The notes under the pieces were generated by a model that was given only the letters and a program-made list of their open reading frames with translations, was not told the DNA's origin and searched no databases. A program made the translations under genes and the position numbers. DNA of 64,000 nucleotides, taken from NCBI RefSeq assembly GCF_036971445.1, contig NC_091474.1, positions 137,020,001 through 137,084,000 of the forward strand. The letters are read 5' to 3'. Shown here piece by piece: positions 46,218 to 59,734 of the stretch (position 1 is the first letter of the stretch; every line of letters begins with the position of its first letter). The stretch comes from Narcine bancroftii (taxonomy: Eukaryota).

Positions 46218-48561
46218 TGTGGTGGTACACTACTGGCCTACTGCAGGGGGAAACTTCTGTACCTGCAGAAGAGCATGGGGATAAGACAACACCTGGCCGG
46301 CTGTCAATCAGCTGACCTGAATAGACCAAGCCCCACCCGGTCGGGTGTCAATCACTCTCTGGGATATAAGCCTGAGCCAGCCCTTCGAAGACACTCTCGG
46401 AGTTTACAGCAGCTCTCCTCACAGCTGGATCTGTGGAAGTTCACGTTGGATGAAGTCTGTTGTACAGACTTTAGGTTTTGTGTGTTTGCTTCTATCCAAT
46501 AGTGCACCACAATTTATTCAACATAAATTCTTAAAGCTGCTATGGAAAAGCTCCTGAGCGCTGGGAGCCTCAAAATTGACCCACGCCACCCGGAAGCACA
46601 AACACGCTTTGAGATCTGGAAGCACACAGTCGAAGCGATCATCGAGGCACATGTCGATGATATCCTGGACTCCGATCGAAAGAGGCTCATCTTACTCCGA
46701 TCAAAGCTGGGTCCCCAAGCCTTCCAGGCACTCAAAGACTGCACCGGGTACTCAGAAGTGATGAACACCCTCAAGACCATGTATAAACTTCCCATGAATG
46801 TGGTCTTTGCAAGGTATGTCTTGAGTATCTGTGCCCAGCTGCCCGGAGAGATGGTCGAGTCCTACCTGGGAGCCCTGCATGAGTTGAACCGACCTTGTCT
46901 GGCTGAACCTGGGGTAAATGAAAGGGAGGTTAAGAGGCTGATCAGAGATGCCTATGTCCGAGGGCTACACGCGAGAGCAGTCAGGCAGAAGCTGCTGGAG
47001 GACAATATCTACTCCCTGGCCAAAGCAGTGGAGGTAGTCCGAACCCTGGAGGCAGCTGCCTTGCACACTGAAGTCTTCGAATCCAGGCTTCCTCAGGCCT
47101 CCACATGGTCAGCACATTCGACTGCTGTGGCCCTAGATCAGGCTGGGGATGAAAACATCGCTGCTGTGGGTGCCCAGCACCCTTGTAAGTACTGTGGGTC
47201 CCAGCGTGGGTCTGATCGTCGATCGTGCCAAAACTGCCCGGCCAAAAACCAGTACTGTTCGAGATGTGGCAAGAAAGGCCTCTTCACCAAAGTATGCCTC
47301 TCAAAGCCTGCCGGCAGCTCAGTGGTCCTCTACAACCTCCTCCCTCCCTCACGATCCCCGCCACATGTGATTGCCGGGCAATGCCATTGCCCCCACAGCC
47401 ACTTCCAGCCTCCCCAACCCCAGCGGCCCAACTGTTGGCCTCACCGGCAATGATCGCTGCATGCATGACATGTTCCCGACCTGGCCTTCGCTCTCACCAG
47501 CGCCGCCTCCAGAAGACTACAACGACACCACTTCCGGTCTATGGAATGATGTCACTTCCACCAGCCTTGATGACGTCGCCCTCACCGACAGCCAGCGGCA
47601 TGATGGCACTTCCCTCAGCGCACTTAGCACAGCCGGGGAAGAAGGCCAGCCATGCCTTGATGCCATCGTGGGCCGGACAGGCGTGGGCGCCGCAGACACC
47701 GAGGCCCTCCCAGGCCTCCAACGATAACAACATGGTCAACACAGGCACTGACTAGGCCGCCCTACCGACACACCCTATGCATCTGGATGCCACTAACCAC
47801 CGCACACTGTACCTGACAACTACGGAGAGCACCACCAGTCAACACTCACCTCTCATGATCCCTGCAGAGGATACCAACAACCACAACTCACCTCCACCTT
47901 CGGGGAACAACAACTCAGACCCCAAGATGGTCCTAGCAGTCACCACCCTGATCAGGAACATTCCCCGTGATCTCTGGCGCTCCATGATGGACATAAAAAT
48001 CAATAGGCAGGTAACAAAGTGCCTAATCGACAGTGGCAGCACCAAGAGTTTCATTCATCCAAGCACAGCCCACTCCCTAAAGTTAAAAATCCATCCCACC
48101 ACCTTCTCTATCGCCTCTGCCACCAAGGACCGGACTATCAATACCCTCGGGCGCTGCTTGGCCGATCTGACTGTAGAGGGGGGGGGAGATACATACACTG
48201 GGTTCAGGCTCCTGGTCATCCCCAAACTCTGCGCCTCAGGTCTCCTGGGTTTAGACTTCCAATGTCACCTGCAGAGCATCACCCTCGTCTTCGGGGGGCC
48301 CCTGCCTCCACTCACACTCCAAAACGCGCCGTCCAACCAGCCCTGGCCAACCTGCGGCCTCTCTGACCTGAATAGACCAAGCCCCACCCGATCGGGTGTC
48401 AATCATCCTCCGGGATATAAGTTGAGCCGGCCCTTCGAAGACACTCTCAGAGTTTATAGCAGCTCTTCTCACAGCTGGCTCTGTGGAAGTTCATGTCGAA
48501 TAAAGCCTGTTGTACAGACTTTAGGTTTTGTATGTTTGCTTCTGTCTGATAACCCACCACA
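46218..48561 (+). mobile_element. Gypsy element D (related to C), gag plus protease only, deleted into the 3' LTR
   Basis: Perfect TSD gagat (46213-46217, 48562-48566); 5' LTR 46218-46511; gag ORF 46542-47453 with CKYC / CSRCGKKG; LIDSGS; jumps into LTR sequence at about 48363. Confidence 0.92.
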
Positions 48562-50558
48562 GAGATAAAACCCAGCAGGGTGATGTGGCGACATGGAGCA
48601 CATATTGTACTTTATTACATAAATACATCATTCATTGTGTCCGTCACAGGTTCAGCCAGTCCAGTGGTCTCGTGATCCTCTGTGACTTCTGAGACATTGG
48701 GTGAGGCCCCTGTTGTTCCTGTTTCAAGCTCGCAGGACTGTGCATCTGTGTGGATGGAATTTCAGTTACAGAGCCCTTTTCTGCCTGTTGGGGTGGGCTC
48801 GTTGCTGGTGAGATCTTTGTGGGAATGACTGCTGCGGTTGCTTGACTGGTGACTGGTTCTGGGGAAGGGGGGTTCTATGGTTATCTGGGGGGAGCAGGAA
48901 TATGTCAAAACCCTGGGATGTGGGTGCTGTGTCGATTGACTGTCTGATTCTTCTGGGGTCACCTGATCAGTATTAGTGTACCTTGCCTGGGCCAGGTCTC
49001 ATACTGACATCATATCCTCCCTCCCGTCCTGGTACTGCACAAATGCGTATTGTGGGTTAGCTGTACTAGATGCACTCTTTCCACCAGGGTATCAGTCTTG
49101 TGGGGTCTAATATGTCTGCGAAGAAGTATCGGCCCCGATGTCATCAGATAGACTGGCATAGTGGTTCTGGATGCTGTTCTCCTGGGAAAAGAAGAGTCTC
49201 TCGTGCAAGGTGATATTCATAGCCATGCACAGGAGGGACCTGGTAGCATGCAGCATGTCCGGTAGTACATTTTGCTACTAGGAGACAGGCATCCTTTTTG
49301 ATATGAGGGCCAACAGGATTGCTCTCCAGATTGTACCATTCTCCCTCTTCACTTGCCCATTCCTACGGGGATTGTGGCTAGTAGTTCTGTTCGTGGCTAT
49401 CCCTGCCACCTGTAGGTACTGTTGCAGCTCCTGACTCATGAAGGAGGAACCCCTGTCACTGTATATGTAGCTGGGGTATCCAAACATAGTGAATATGGTC
49501 TGGAGTGCTTTGATTACTGTGGCTGCAGTCATGTTCGGACAAGGGATAACAAATGGGAACCGGGAGTACTCATCCACTACATTCAGGAAGTGGAGATTCC
49601 TGTTATTGGATGGGAGGGGATCCTTGAAGTCCATACTAAGATGTTCGAAAGGACGGGTTGCCTTAATCAGTTAGGCTCTATCTGGTCTGTAAAAATGTGG
49701 CTTGCATTCGGCGCAGACTGAGGAGTTACGGCACAGTTACCGAATCTCCTCAACTGAGTCAGGTAAATTTCTAGCCCTCACAAAGTGACCCCAGGGTGGC
49801 AGAGGATGTCATGCAGGAACTTCAGATGATCCACTTATGCGTTGGCACATGTTCCCCAGGACAGAGAATCGGGTGGCTCATTAAGCTTTCCAGGCTGGTA
49901 TAGGATCTCTTAATTGTATGTGGAGAATTCGATTCTCCATCGCATGATCTTATCATTTTTTATTTTACCCCACTGTTTATTGTTAAACATAAATGCGAAG
50001 GCCCTCTGGTCTGTCAGCAGGGTAAATGGTCTACCAGCCAAATAATGCCTTCAGTGGTACACAGCTTCCACTATGGCCTGGGCCTCTTTCTCAATTGCCA
50101 AGTGCCTGAGTTGCAGGCCCTGGAGTGTTCTGGAGCAAAATGCCACTGGCCTGCCTGCCTGATTCAGCGTGGCTGCTAGGGCAACATCAGAGGCATCACT
50201 TTCTGCTTGGAATGGGATGGATTCATCAATGCCATGCATCACCACCTTGGCAATCTCATCCTTGATACCCTCGAAGCTTTTACGAGCCGCTGAAGGGGGA
50301 AAGTCTGTTGACTTCACTAATGGCTGGGCCTTGTCTGCATAATTGGGGACCCATTGGCATAATAAGAAAAGAACCCAAGGCACCTTTTCAGGGCTTTCAG
50401 GTTCTGGGACAATGGTAGTTCCCTAAGGGGACACATTCTCTCAGGGTCCAGGGACACAATCTCTTCCTCCACCACGTACCCTAGTATCTCCAGCTGTGAA
50501 GTGTGCAACATGCACTTTTTCTGATTATACGTCAGGTTTAGGGTTTTTGCTGTGGTGA

Positions 50559-50798
50559 TGTGATAGTACAGATCTATCACCAATGTACATAGTGTATGTA
50601 GTTACTGTATCTAGACTGTGCTTACAGTGATTGGCTGAGAGCTAAGCCACGCCTATTGTCTGGGCCTTAAAGGGTTGTGTCCCTAGCCAGGTCGGATCAT
50701 TCCGGACTGGTCGGCCACCTGTGAAGAGCTCCTGTCTTTTGCTAATAAAAGCCTTGGTTTGGATCAACAAGTCTTTGATTCTTTCGATGAGCTCTACA
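50559..50798 (+). mobile_element. Solo LTR related to the element B LTRs
   Basis: TGTGATAGTACAGAT...CTACA with AATAAA; TSD ggtga/ggcga; inserted in the RT of E. Confidence 0.9.
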
Positions 50799-51029
50799 GG
50801 CGAGAAATTCGCTTAGATTCATATCGTGTTCCTCCATGTCATGGCCGCATATGGTGACGTTATTACAAATACCTGAGTATTACTGATACATTACTTGGCC
50901 AGATTCCAGGTTCAGGAGCAAGAGGGGGAAAGTTCAGGCACGCCAGCCTTTATTGGGAAATCCGGGGAGGAGCCAAGGGAGGAGTTAGGGAAGGTCAGGG
51001 AGGTTCGGACTGACCAGTCCCTACATCTA

Positions 51030-51425
51030 AAGCCGCTTTCAGGTGCATCCTCTGCCTTGAGGGTGGCTGCAGGAGCAGATCCCAACCAGAAGACTCACCT
51101 TTCAGGTGGCAGCCCTAAAAGGCTGCTTCAGTGTTGCCCGGTCCACCTGAAAGGGCCTATTGATATCCAGAGGCACATCGTAGCGCTTCCACATCTGATG
51201 GAGATGGGGGCGACTGGTGCCGCAATGCCACCCATCATAAATATGTGGTATAGCAATGGCTGTCTTCCCTACCCATAATCCCCCACACAAGTGGAACCGC
51301 TCTGTGTTTCCCCCACAGTTCCATCTGCGTGGGGGTTTATGGGTAGGGAAGACCGTCATTACTATGCCGCATTTTGAGCAGCAGAGAGCGGCCCCGGTGC
51401 AGGAACGGCCAGTTGGGCTGTGACA
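51030..51425. mobile_element. Palindromic MITE-like insertion in the LTR of E
   Basis: Absent from the sister LTR; about 58-bp inverted arms 51240-51297 / 51318-51375; ctttcaggtg repeats. Confidence 0.7.
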
Positions 51426-52009
51426 GCAAATGCCTTTCACCACAACATGTAAATCTCCGAAACTCTTTCCAAGTATAGTTCAAGTGAAATATCCTGTTTC
51501 ACATTGAAATTAAAATCTTTCATGTCACTTTTTCCAGAGCCAGTCTAGATGTTTTTTTGACCAAAATTGCACACAATGGAGGCAAATTTGATCTTAGGCA
51601 ATAGACAATAGAAATAAGAAATGTAAAACCTATTATTTCCAATGTATACTCATAGCTAGAATCAAAATTGCCTCAGTCTTCCAAATTCTGCTTCAGCAAT
51701 GATTTCTGCAAGATGATTCTTGTCTGGATTTATGAATCAGGCATACCTCCTCAAAGTGCAAAAAATCAGACATGTCCTGGAAAGCCTGAGTGAAGAAATG
51801 ACACTTTGATGAATGATTGCATCACTAGGGTGAGAACAGATGAGTCACATTGAATCATAGCTTCCCTCTCATGACTCATAAATAAGTTGGCAACTGGAAT
51901 TTTTCAGAGCCATCAAGCAAAAGATTCCATTCACTTCTTAGAAAATAAAATGGGTATTTTAAGCTTTCCAAAGGAGTGGCAAGGTAATTAAAACTCAAAC
52001 AAATAGCCT

Positions 52010-52740
52010 CTGCGTTCAGCACATCTTCATTTCTGCCAGCTACAACTGATTCCTATTGCCAGACCCATCTACCCCTCCCCACCCCTTTCTGTCTTCCATA
52101 AGGATCACTCCCTCCATGACACCCTTATCTGCTCATTCCTCCCCCAAACTCCTAGTGTCCCCTGGATCTCCCTCTGCAACTGCAGGAAGTACAACACTTG
52201 CTCTTACATCTCCTCTCTCACCACTATCAAGGGACTCAAACATCCCTTCCAAGAGAGGTAAAGATTCAGACACACCTCTTCCAACCTCATCAACTGCATT
52301 TGCTGCTCCTGATGTGGCCTCCTCAACATTTGTGAGACCAAGTGCAGACTCAGAGACTGTTTTGCAGAGCATCTATGCTCTGATTACAATACCTATCCCG
52401 AGTTCCTGTTTGCATGCCATTTCAACTTGGTTGCGTGCTATTTCAACTCTCCTTTTCATTCCCTTACTGACTTATCCTTAGTTTTCTCCACTACCAGAGT
52501 GAGGCCCAATGGTAACAAAAGAAACAACACCTCATATTCCACCTGTACAGTCTGCAGCCCAATGGTATGAACATTGAATTTACTAATTTCTGGTAATATG
52601 ACTCCTTGCTCTTCTTCTGAACTATTTCCATTCTTTCCCCTCCCCTTGCCCCTCCTACCCACCTATCTCATCCCTCTGCCTCTTTGGTTTCTTTCAATCC
52701 ATATTTCCTTCTATGGATTCTTCCCCTTTCTCCCTCCCAT
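52010..52740 (+). mobile_element. Penelope-like element, GIY-YIG end
   Basis: QHLIFHLYSLQPNGMNIEFTNF at about 52525-52590, preceded by C/H-rich linker remnants. Confidence 0.75.
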
Positions 52741-52779
52741 CCACATTTCCATCTGGTCTCGCATACCACTATTTACAGA

Positions 52780-53650
52780 AAATAGAACAGGTCACACAGG
52801 AATAGGCCCTTTGGCTCATTTTTCTGGGCTGAACAAGATGCTAAATTTATGCTACTGTTGTGTCTGCTTCAACAACTACTCCTGGCAGCCTGTACCAGGC
52901 CCAATTGAAATTATCCCTCGCTCTCCTTTAAACTTTGCCCTTCCCTCTCACCTTCAATGCAATGCTTCAGTATGTAACATTTTTACCCTGAAAAAAACAT
53001 TTTGACTATCCATCCTATCCCCTATCTATTCCTCTCATAAATTATAAACTTCCATCAGATCTTCTTTCAGCTTCCAATGCTCCAAATGTGAATAAATCAT
53101 AATCCCTAGTATCCTCCTCATTAGTTTCTCTACAACCTCAGTGAGGCTCACTGGCTATAATTTCTGGGATTTTCCATATTTCCCTTTTTGAACAAAGGTA
53201 CAACATTTGCAACTCCCCAGTCCTCTAGGACCTTGCCTGCTGCTGGTGAGGATGCAAAGATCTCCATCAAGGCCCCAGCAATCTTCTCTCTTGCCTCTTT
53301 CCATAACCTAGGATGCATCCCATCAAGCTCCAGCAAGTGAAGTATTTTAATGCTTCTTAAAGGACCATTTTCCTTGATCTCAGAATGTCTCCACCTAATC
53401 TTCACATTATCTTCTCTATCAACTATCCTCCACGTTCTTGATAAATACTAATGCAAAGTACTCATTTAATGCCTACATCCTCTGACTTCCCTACTTTGTC
53501 CTTGAGTGATCCAATCTTCTCCCCAGTTATTCTTTTGTTTTTAATTTAAGTATATAATGTCTTGGGTTTCTTATTAATCCTGCTTGTCAAAGGCATTTTG
53601 TGGCCTCTTTTGATACTAATCTAATATTCTGCTTGAGCTCTTTTCTGAAG
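52780..53650 (-). mobile_element. CR1 fragments
   Basis: DGMHPRLWKEA...EDWGVANVVPLFKKG...PRNY (53148-53405). Confidence 0.75.
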
Positions 53651-54569
53651 TCTTTATATTCCTCCTGAGTTGACTAATTGAGCATCTTTTTTTCTTTTTG
53701 TGGATCGGATTAATGCTTCTGAGTAATAATCCAATCAGCATAAGTACCAAGGCCAGAAATGTGGGAGATGAAGGCATTGCCTGAGGCCGAGGGACATATA
53801 ATTAAGCATACTTCCATCTGACCAGTGGGTAAGAGTATGAATGTTGCAGGGTGAAGGCTATATGTTAATGGAGCAGTCTGAAAATAACAAGGAGTCGGGT
53901 GCTGGACCTATTATAGTGGGGATGCAGGAAGAGATGCCAGAGATGAATGATGCATCATTATTTTATGAATTGCTTGATGGGGTGCAATGTTCTGGGAAGC
54001 CCCCATCTCATAGGTTCCTCAGTAAATGGTACAGAGAAGTGAGTCTACATCATTTCTTCCAGATCTTTTATGTGATTGATGATCTATGAATGACTAGCAT
54101 TTAATAGAGTCATGAAAGAAACACTTTCATTGTTTCAGTTCATCTATAAAATTAATCTTGTCAGCATATATCTGATTTTCTTTTAGATCACTAATCATTG
54201 GGAGTACAATATTAATCAGAGACTTTATTTTCAACACATGACATTAAGGACTAGAACAAGAGAAATCTGACATTACCCTAATTTAGCTTTGTGACCATTT
54301 CAGCTATTTGCAAAAAAAATTATATTGTAATTTGTTTTTGCACCTGTGTATTCTGAAGCATGAAGTAAAGCTATGTGGATACACAACATAAATGGCAGCT
54401 ATTTCTACATTTAGATATTTCTGCTGCCGAGGAAAAGATTACTAAGAAACTCGTGTTCTTTCTCACTGTGGTCTTGAAGAAATGTACCTAACCTGAACCT
54501 GGCATTGATCCATAACATTTCATGTTCTTCTTCTTAGCCAATGGTTGAGGATGATCTGCTTCTTTTCAG

Positions 54570-57342
54570 TGTTGTGGGTTCTGAGGTGTCTGATAAGACT
54601 GATGTGGAAACCACACACACACTTCCATAGATGAGCAAGATGTGCCTGATGGCAGGATGGATAGTTTATGAGGTGGTGTGAGCCTGGGAGAGGACCCTAC
54701 ACAAAAGGTGACCAGAGCAGCACGCCAGTAAGCCGCTTGGAGACAAAAGGACTCACGCCAGGCTGCGTCAGCGAGAGACAAGGGCTCCTGAAGGGCTTCG
54801 TATGATGTGTTTGGGATAGTATCAGGTTTGGTGGGTTCATAAAGAGATGAGTTTGGACACATCAAAGTTACTATCAAAGGTAACTTTATTGAACAATCAG
54901 GAAACAAACAGAGGAAGACGCTTAAGGCATATCTAGAGTATGGCAGATGGGGCAGAGATCAGGGGCGTTACTTGCAGGGCAGCGCCACTGTCCTCATCTT
55001 ACCCGCCCAATATCCAAGTCCCTAACCCAATAATCTCCAACCCAGGAGTGCATTGCTGTAGTGCCAGAACTCATTTGAGTGTCCTGGAATGCCGGTCCGG
55101 GCTGGCATCTATCGGACTGCTTTGGGTCTGGTCCGGAAAAAATGGCTATATTCACCTTCCTTATTTATAATCCCCCATGCAGCTGGAACCACTTTGTGTT
55201 TCCCTGGCGCTGGCACCTGGCAGAACAGTTCTAGCTGAGAAGGGGGATTATAGATAAGGAAGAGGAAGAAGGCCATTTTGCCCATTCATCCCACAATGAG
55301 CAGAGCTGCGGCGAGCAGTAGCGATGCCAGCCCGTAGGCACTGGATGGCAGAGATGGGGCGGAGCTCTCTGCAGTGGCTGGTTTCCCGCTGCCTCCGGTG
55401 GTGGCTTCGGCAGACAAGACGTGGGTGGGGGGTGGGATTACAATACCTCTGCACCGGACAAGCTCTGTACCTCTCTGTCCAGTCCCGAGACTGTCACAGC
55501 ATCGAAGCAATGAATGAGGGCGGGAAACATTGACCTGGTTCCACCCACCGCAGGAATATATGAACAGGAGGCGCCTGTCCTTGCGCTACTGTGCTGTGGC
55601 ATGGGCCAGCAAGTCTCCTGGCTGCAGGGACGGTCATTCAAACCACATCGACCACTGGGCTTGACACTGTCTCCGAACCAGGCGGCAGCGTCAGGAGAGA
55701 ACCAAAGCCGCCACCATCATCCTAGCGGCTTGGAGAGGTGACCAAGGTCGGTGAGAAATCGCCGGCCAGGTGGGGGCTGCGACGAAGATCCAAGCTTTGT
55801 TTCGAGGTTACCAGATCAGGAAACTATTAGGAAGCATTGGTAAGCACCCGGAGGTGGAGGAGGGAGGCAGGTATGGGGGGATCAAGGGAAACATCCACAG
55901 ATGCTGTCGGGGGATAACTTTGATAATATTCACCTGCACATGAGAGTGGTGTTGGATCTCAGAACCAAAGAGGTGACGAGCCGGAGAGCTCAGGTCAAGG
56001 GCAAGGGACCAGCAATTTGGATCAAGCACAATCAAGCACAAAGCTACAACCCTGCAAAGTGACCATTCATGTAAAGGCATCGGTGGTAGACATACGCTGA
56101 GATAGGTACCTTATAAGCACCGTCAAAGCACATTGCCAGCCAGAGATAAACGGGGAGATCGGCACTGTCCCTAGAATTTAAAAAAAGATAACAGCCTACA
56201 AATAGGCCAGGCTGGGTGGGGGGGGGGGGGGGGCAATGTCTGTGAATGCCCCCCCCCCCACCCCCACCTTGGCGCTGACCCTGTTGCCATCTTTAACCTC
56301 CCAACGGAGTACAACATTTTCCAAACAAAGTTTGACCCTCATAAATTTTATCTATGCTCTATCATCTGATTTCTGAAAAGAACCATTGCAAAATTTGCTG
56401 GATAGAAACCCTTCAAGCTGATAAATTCAAATAAAACAAGTGTGAAAGTTGTAGGGCTCGGGGGAATATTAATAAAACCTTGCTCGCTCACATTCTTTGA
56501 CAATGTTCATCATTCCTCAATCAGTCAGAACTTTTTAATAAAGAAAACAGTAAAGACTTTAATTTGCAGGGCATTTTTGTGGGTTTTTTAAACGGTGCGG
56601 GGGTGGGGGCGCCGATGTCACCAGCAGCCCAAGGGCACCACTTTACCAAGATACGCTACTGGGAAGACGTCAAACGATACTTAATTACTCTACTAAATAG
56701 ACATTCGCATTGGACAAAGGTTGGACTCTGATGCCAGTGGCCACCTATCTCCTACACACGGTACGAGACAAAAAATATAAAGTGTAAGCAGGCACATTGG
56801 GCGGCTGTTTACCCTACCACTTTTCTGCATGTGTACACACTCACAGACAGGGACTGCAGTAGACACTCCTGATCCCTGTACCTCGGGGTGCAAATCAGTG
56901 TTAAGTAATCTACAGTTACTAACATACTCTAAGACATGGACTTTAACGCACACTCCCAGTTCCCTGTACCAATGTGGGGCGGGGGGGGGGAAGGGGGCGC
57001 GGAACTGTCAAACAATAGTACAGTCCCGCTCCATGTGTAGTGCACACCTTTCCAACGACTCCTCTAACGATGTCCACAGTTAATTGATCTGGCATAGAGC
57101 AGCATTCATAGTCAGGACCAAGGAGCAGAGTGAGAGAAATGGGCATGTGTCAGTGTTTAGACTTCTGAGCTGGGCATTTGGCGACGATGACACTGAATCA
57201 TTTAAATGAGCCAACGGTAAGGTGTGCACTAATAGGTGGCTGGAGTCCAACCTTGATTGGTAGGTGATGCGACTTCCAACTAGGTTTCAGACAGGGAGGT
57301 CATGTGATCCTCTGCAATCCATATATACCAGTTTCCAGATCA
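54570..57342 (-). mobile_element. Possible ~1-kb solo LTR, split by a hAT element
   Basis: TG...CA ends with imperfect inverted termini; flanks tttcag/tgtcag; CCAAT- and TATA-like boxes near 57200-57260 and AATAAA near 54885 on minus. Confidence 0.4.
54921..56661. mobile_element. Composite non-autonomous hAT-type element
   Basis: Perfect 8-bp TSD ggaagacg (54913-54920, 56662-56669); termini cttaaggcatatctagagtatggcag / caagatacgctactg; internal palindrome and the end of another MITE at 56283. Confidence 0.7.
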
Positions 57343-57659
57343 TGTCAGAGGTTTGGAACTTGCATTCACCACTGGAACAAACAGGAGGCCACTGGTTGTA
57401 GAGATTACAGGACAGCAGGAGGGGAATCTACAAATACACTGTGTCTCTGAAGGGGACTCCCTTTTGCTTCTCTTACTCTTATCAATGAGGTGCCAGGTTA
57501 GGGGTGCCTTTTTGTGGGCCTTCATAGCAATCAAAAGTTAACACATATTGTGTATTATGTGCATAACAATGAAGGAAACATTGAAGGCCCAGCACTATCC
57601 CTATGTCATTCTGCTCACTACTGATCATCAAACTAATTTATCTGTAGGCTGACTAACCT

Positions 57660-58320
57660 CCATCTGTGTTAAGACATTATTCTAAGTCCATGCACCCTTA
57701 TGCAGAAGTCTTTTATGCAGCACTTTATTGAGCATTTCTGGAAATCCACATGCACAACATCCATCTACCTATTTCTCTCTATTCACTATGCTTGTTATGG
57801 CCTCAAAGAACTCCAGTAAATTTGTCAGACATGATCTTTCCCTTCCTGAATCCATGCTGCATCTGCTGGATGGAACCATTTCTCTCCAGATGCATTGTTA
57901 TTTCTTTCTGAATGATAGCTTTGAGTATTTTCCCATCTACATACGTTAAGCTACCTGATCTCTTTCATTCTCCATTAGTTATAAAGATACAGCATTGCCA
58001 TGAAAAGATTGGCAGATGTGGCAGGACAATGATTCATGCAAGATTGGCAAAGATCTTTCCACAGACTGGGTTTAAATGTGATGTTCATAGAACATTTTTT
58101 TTTACAGAGAGTGATAGGTTCCTGGTTTGGACTTCTAGGCATAGTCTTTGGAAGCAGTTAAAATTGCAGTGTTTAAGAGGTTTCTAGGCAGACATGAATA
58201 TGTAGGGGATTGGAGTGGATATGGATCATGTATAGGCAGAGATATTTAGTTTAATTTGGCATTGTGTTTGGCTTTGAGATCATGGGTTGAAGGGGCCTAT
58301 TCTTGTGCTGACCCATTCTT
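57660..58320. mobile_element. CR1 fragments in both orientations
   Basis: QMQHGFRKGKIMSDKF on minus; ttttttacagagagtgatagg...gaaggggcctattcttgtgctg tail on plus. Confidence 0.6.
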
Positions 58321-59734
58321 TTATATTGTGTAAAGAACATACAGATATTAATGGGGGAAGATATGGTCCCTGTGTAATACAAATGACATCTTCATAAATA
58401 TAAATAGGAGTATTAAAACAATTTGAGAATTAAGGAGCCTTTTGATGTGGTTGTATCTGATGGGTGTCAATGGGAATTTTACCAAAAGTAGCTCAGCAGA
58501 AATTGTGAGTTTTCTCTGCCTCACAACTAGAGCATGGCTGATCTCTATCTGAACACCTGCCACATGCTTAGGTTTCATAAATAGATCAGAAGAAAAATCT
58601 GCATTGTACATGCACAAATGTTGGAAAGTCATAAATAAGATTCAACACATCTTCAAAGGTTTTATAGAGCATAATTTATAGAGCATCTTCTATGTTCAAA
58701 TTGAGGCATAAAAATAAAAAAGTAACAATTAAGGACAATGCTACATTTTTCATGTCATTTTTAAACAGATTAATACTTTTCCCTGACTCACTAACCATTT
58801 AAAGACAGATACTTTTCCACATCATGCTAACCAAGGAAATCATTATCATTTCTGCTAAGTATAATCTCTTCTGTGCTGTATGTGTAAACAGTATTAAAGA
58901 TATCTTACAAACTTAATTGAAAGCTCTAAACTATGAGATAAGATCAGGCACCTGTTGGTAGAAGTTGGAAAAATGCAATTAGCACCAATCATTAAGTTGG
59001 GAGTCCTGATAATGTGCTTGTTAAACAGCAAACTGTTTAAGCAGTTCTCATGAAAGTTTCAAAAGGTGATCAAATTTAAAAATCATGCATAACCCGTATA
59101 GCTTAATTAAATCTTGCATCAAAAAATGAGCTTATCCATGAGAAATGTCCATTCTTTTTCTCTCACTGATGCTACTTGACTCATGGATTTCCTCCAGTGG
59201 GTTGCTTGTTTTTTTCCACACTCCAGCATCTCCTATATCTCCAGGTCAATTTTTTCTTGCTTCCAATCTGGTGGCTAAATAGCCTCTGTCACTGCAATTT
59301 TAATACAAGTGGCAATAAACTTGGACTTGGAAAACACTGAATAGCAGGAAAAATGTAAGGCATCTGTTCAAATAGTATCTCAGAATATAAACTAATTTTG
59401 AAGTTTGGTGATATGGGAAACATTTGTACACAAACCCACACACTGTAATGTCCTAATGATCAGGTCATCTGCTCTTGTAATGTTGGTTGATTAGAACATA
59501 TATCCCCAGGAATACTGAGGAACTTTTGGTGTAAAAGTCTTCAGATTTCTAAAGAAAGCTGGTAAATAAGGTAACAAAGAAGGGGTGGTGGCCTTCATTA
59601 GATGTAGTATGGAATGCAAAAGGCAGAGACATCTTTATAAAACATTGGTTAGGCCAATCCTGGAGCATTGTGTGCATGTCAGGTCACCATACCTCATGCA
59701 ATTTTACTGAAAAGGGTGCAGAGGAGATATACAC

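Larger units (their letters stand above)
45958..51444 (-). mobile_element. Gypsy element E, deleted for gag/protease/RT N-terminus; hosts D, a solo LTR and a MITE
   Basis: LTR 45958-46198 with PPT (ttcaccccttcttt 46199-46212); partial LTR about 50861-51444; TSD atatg/acatg; integrase DFKDPLP...SDRG (49278-49634), RNase H ESDASD (50051-50383), RT DNVTICGH at about 50820-50863. Confidence 0.85.
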
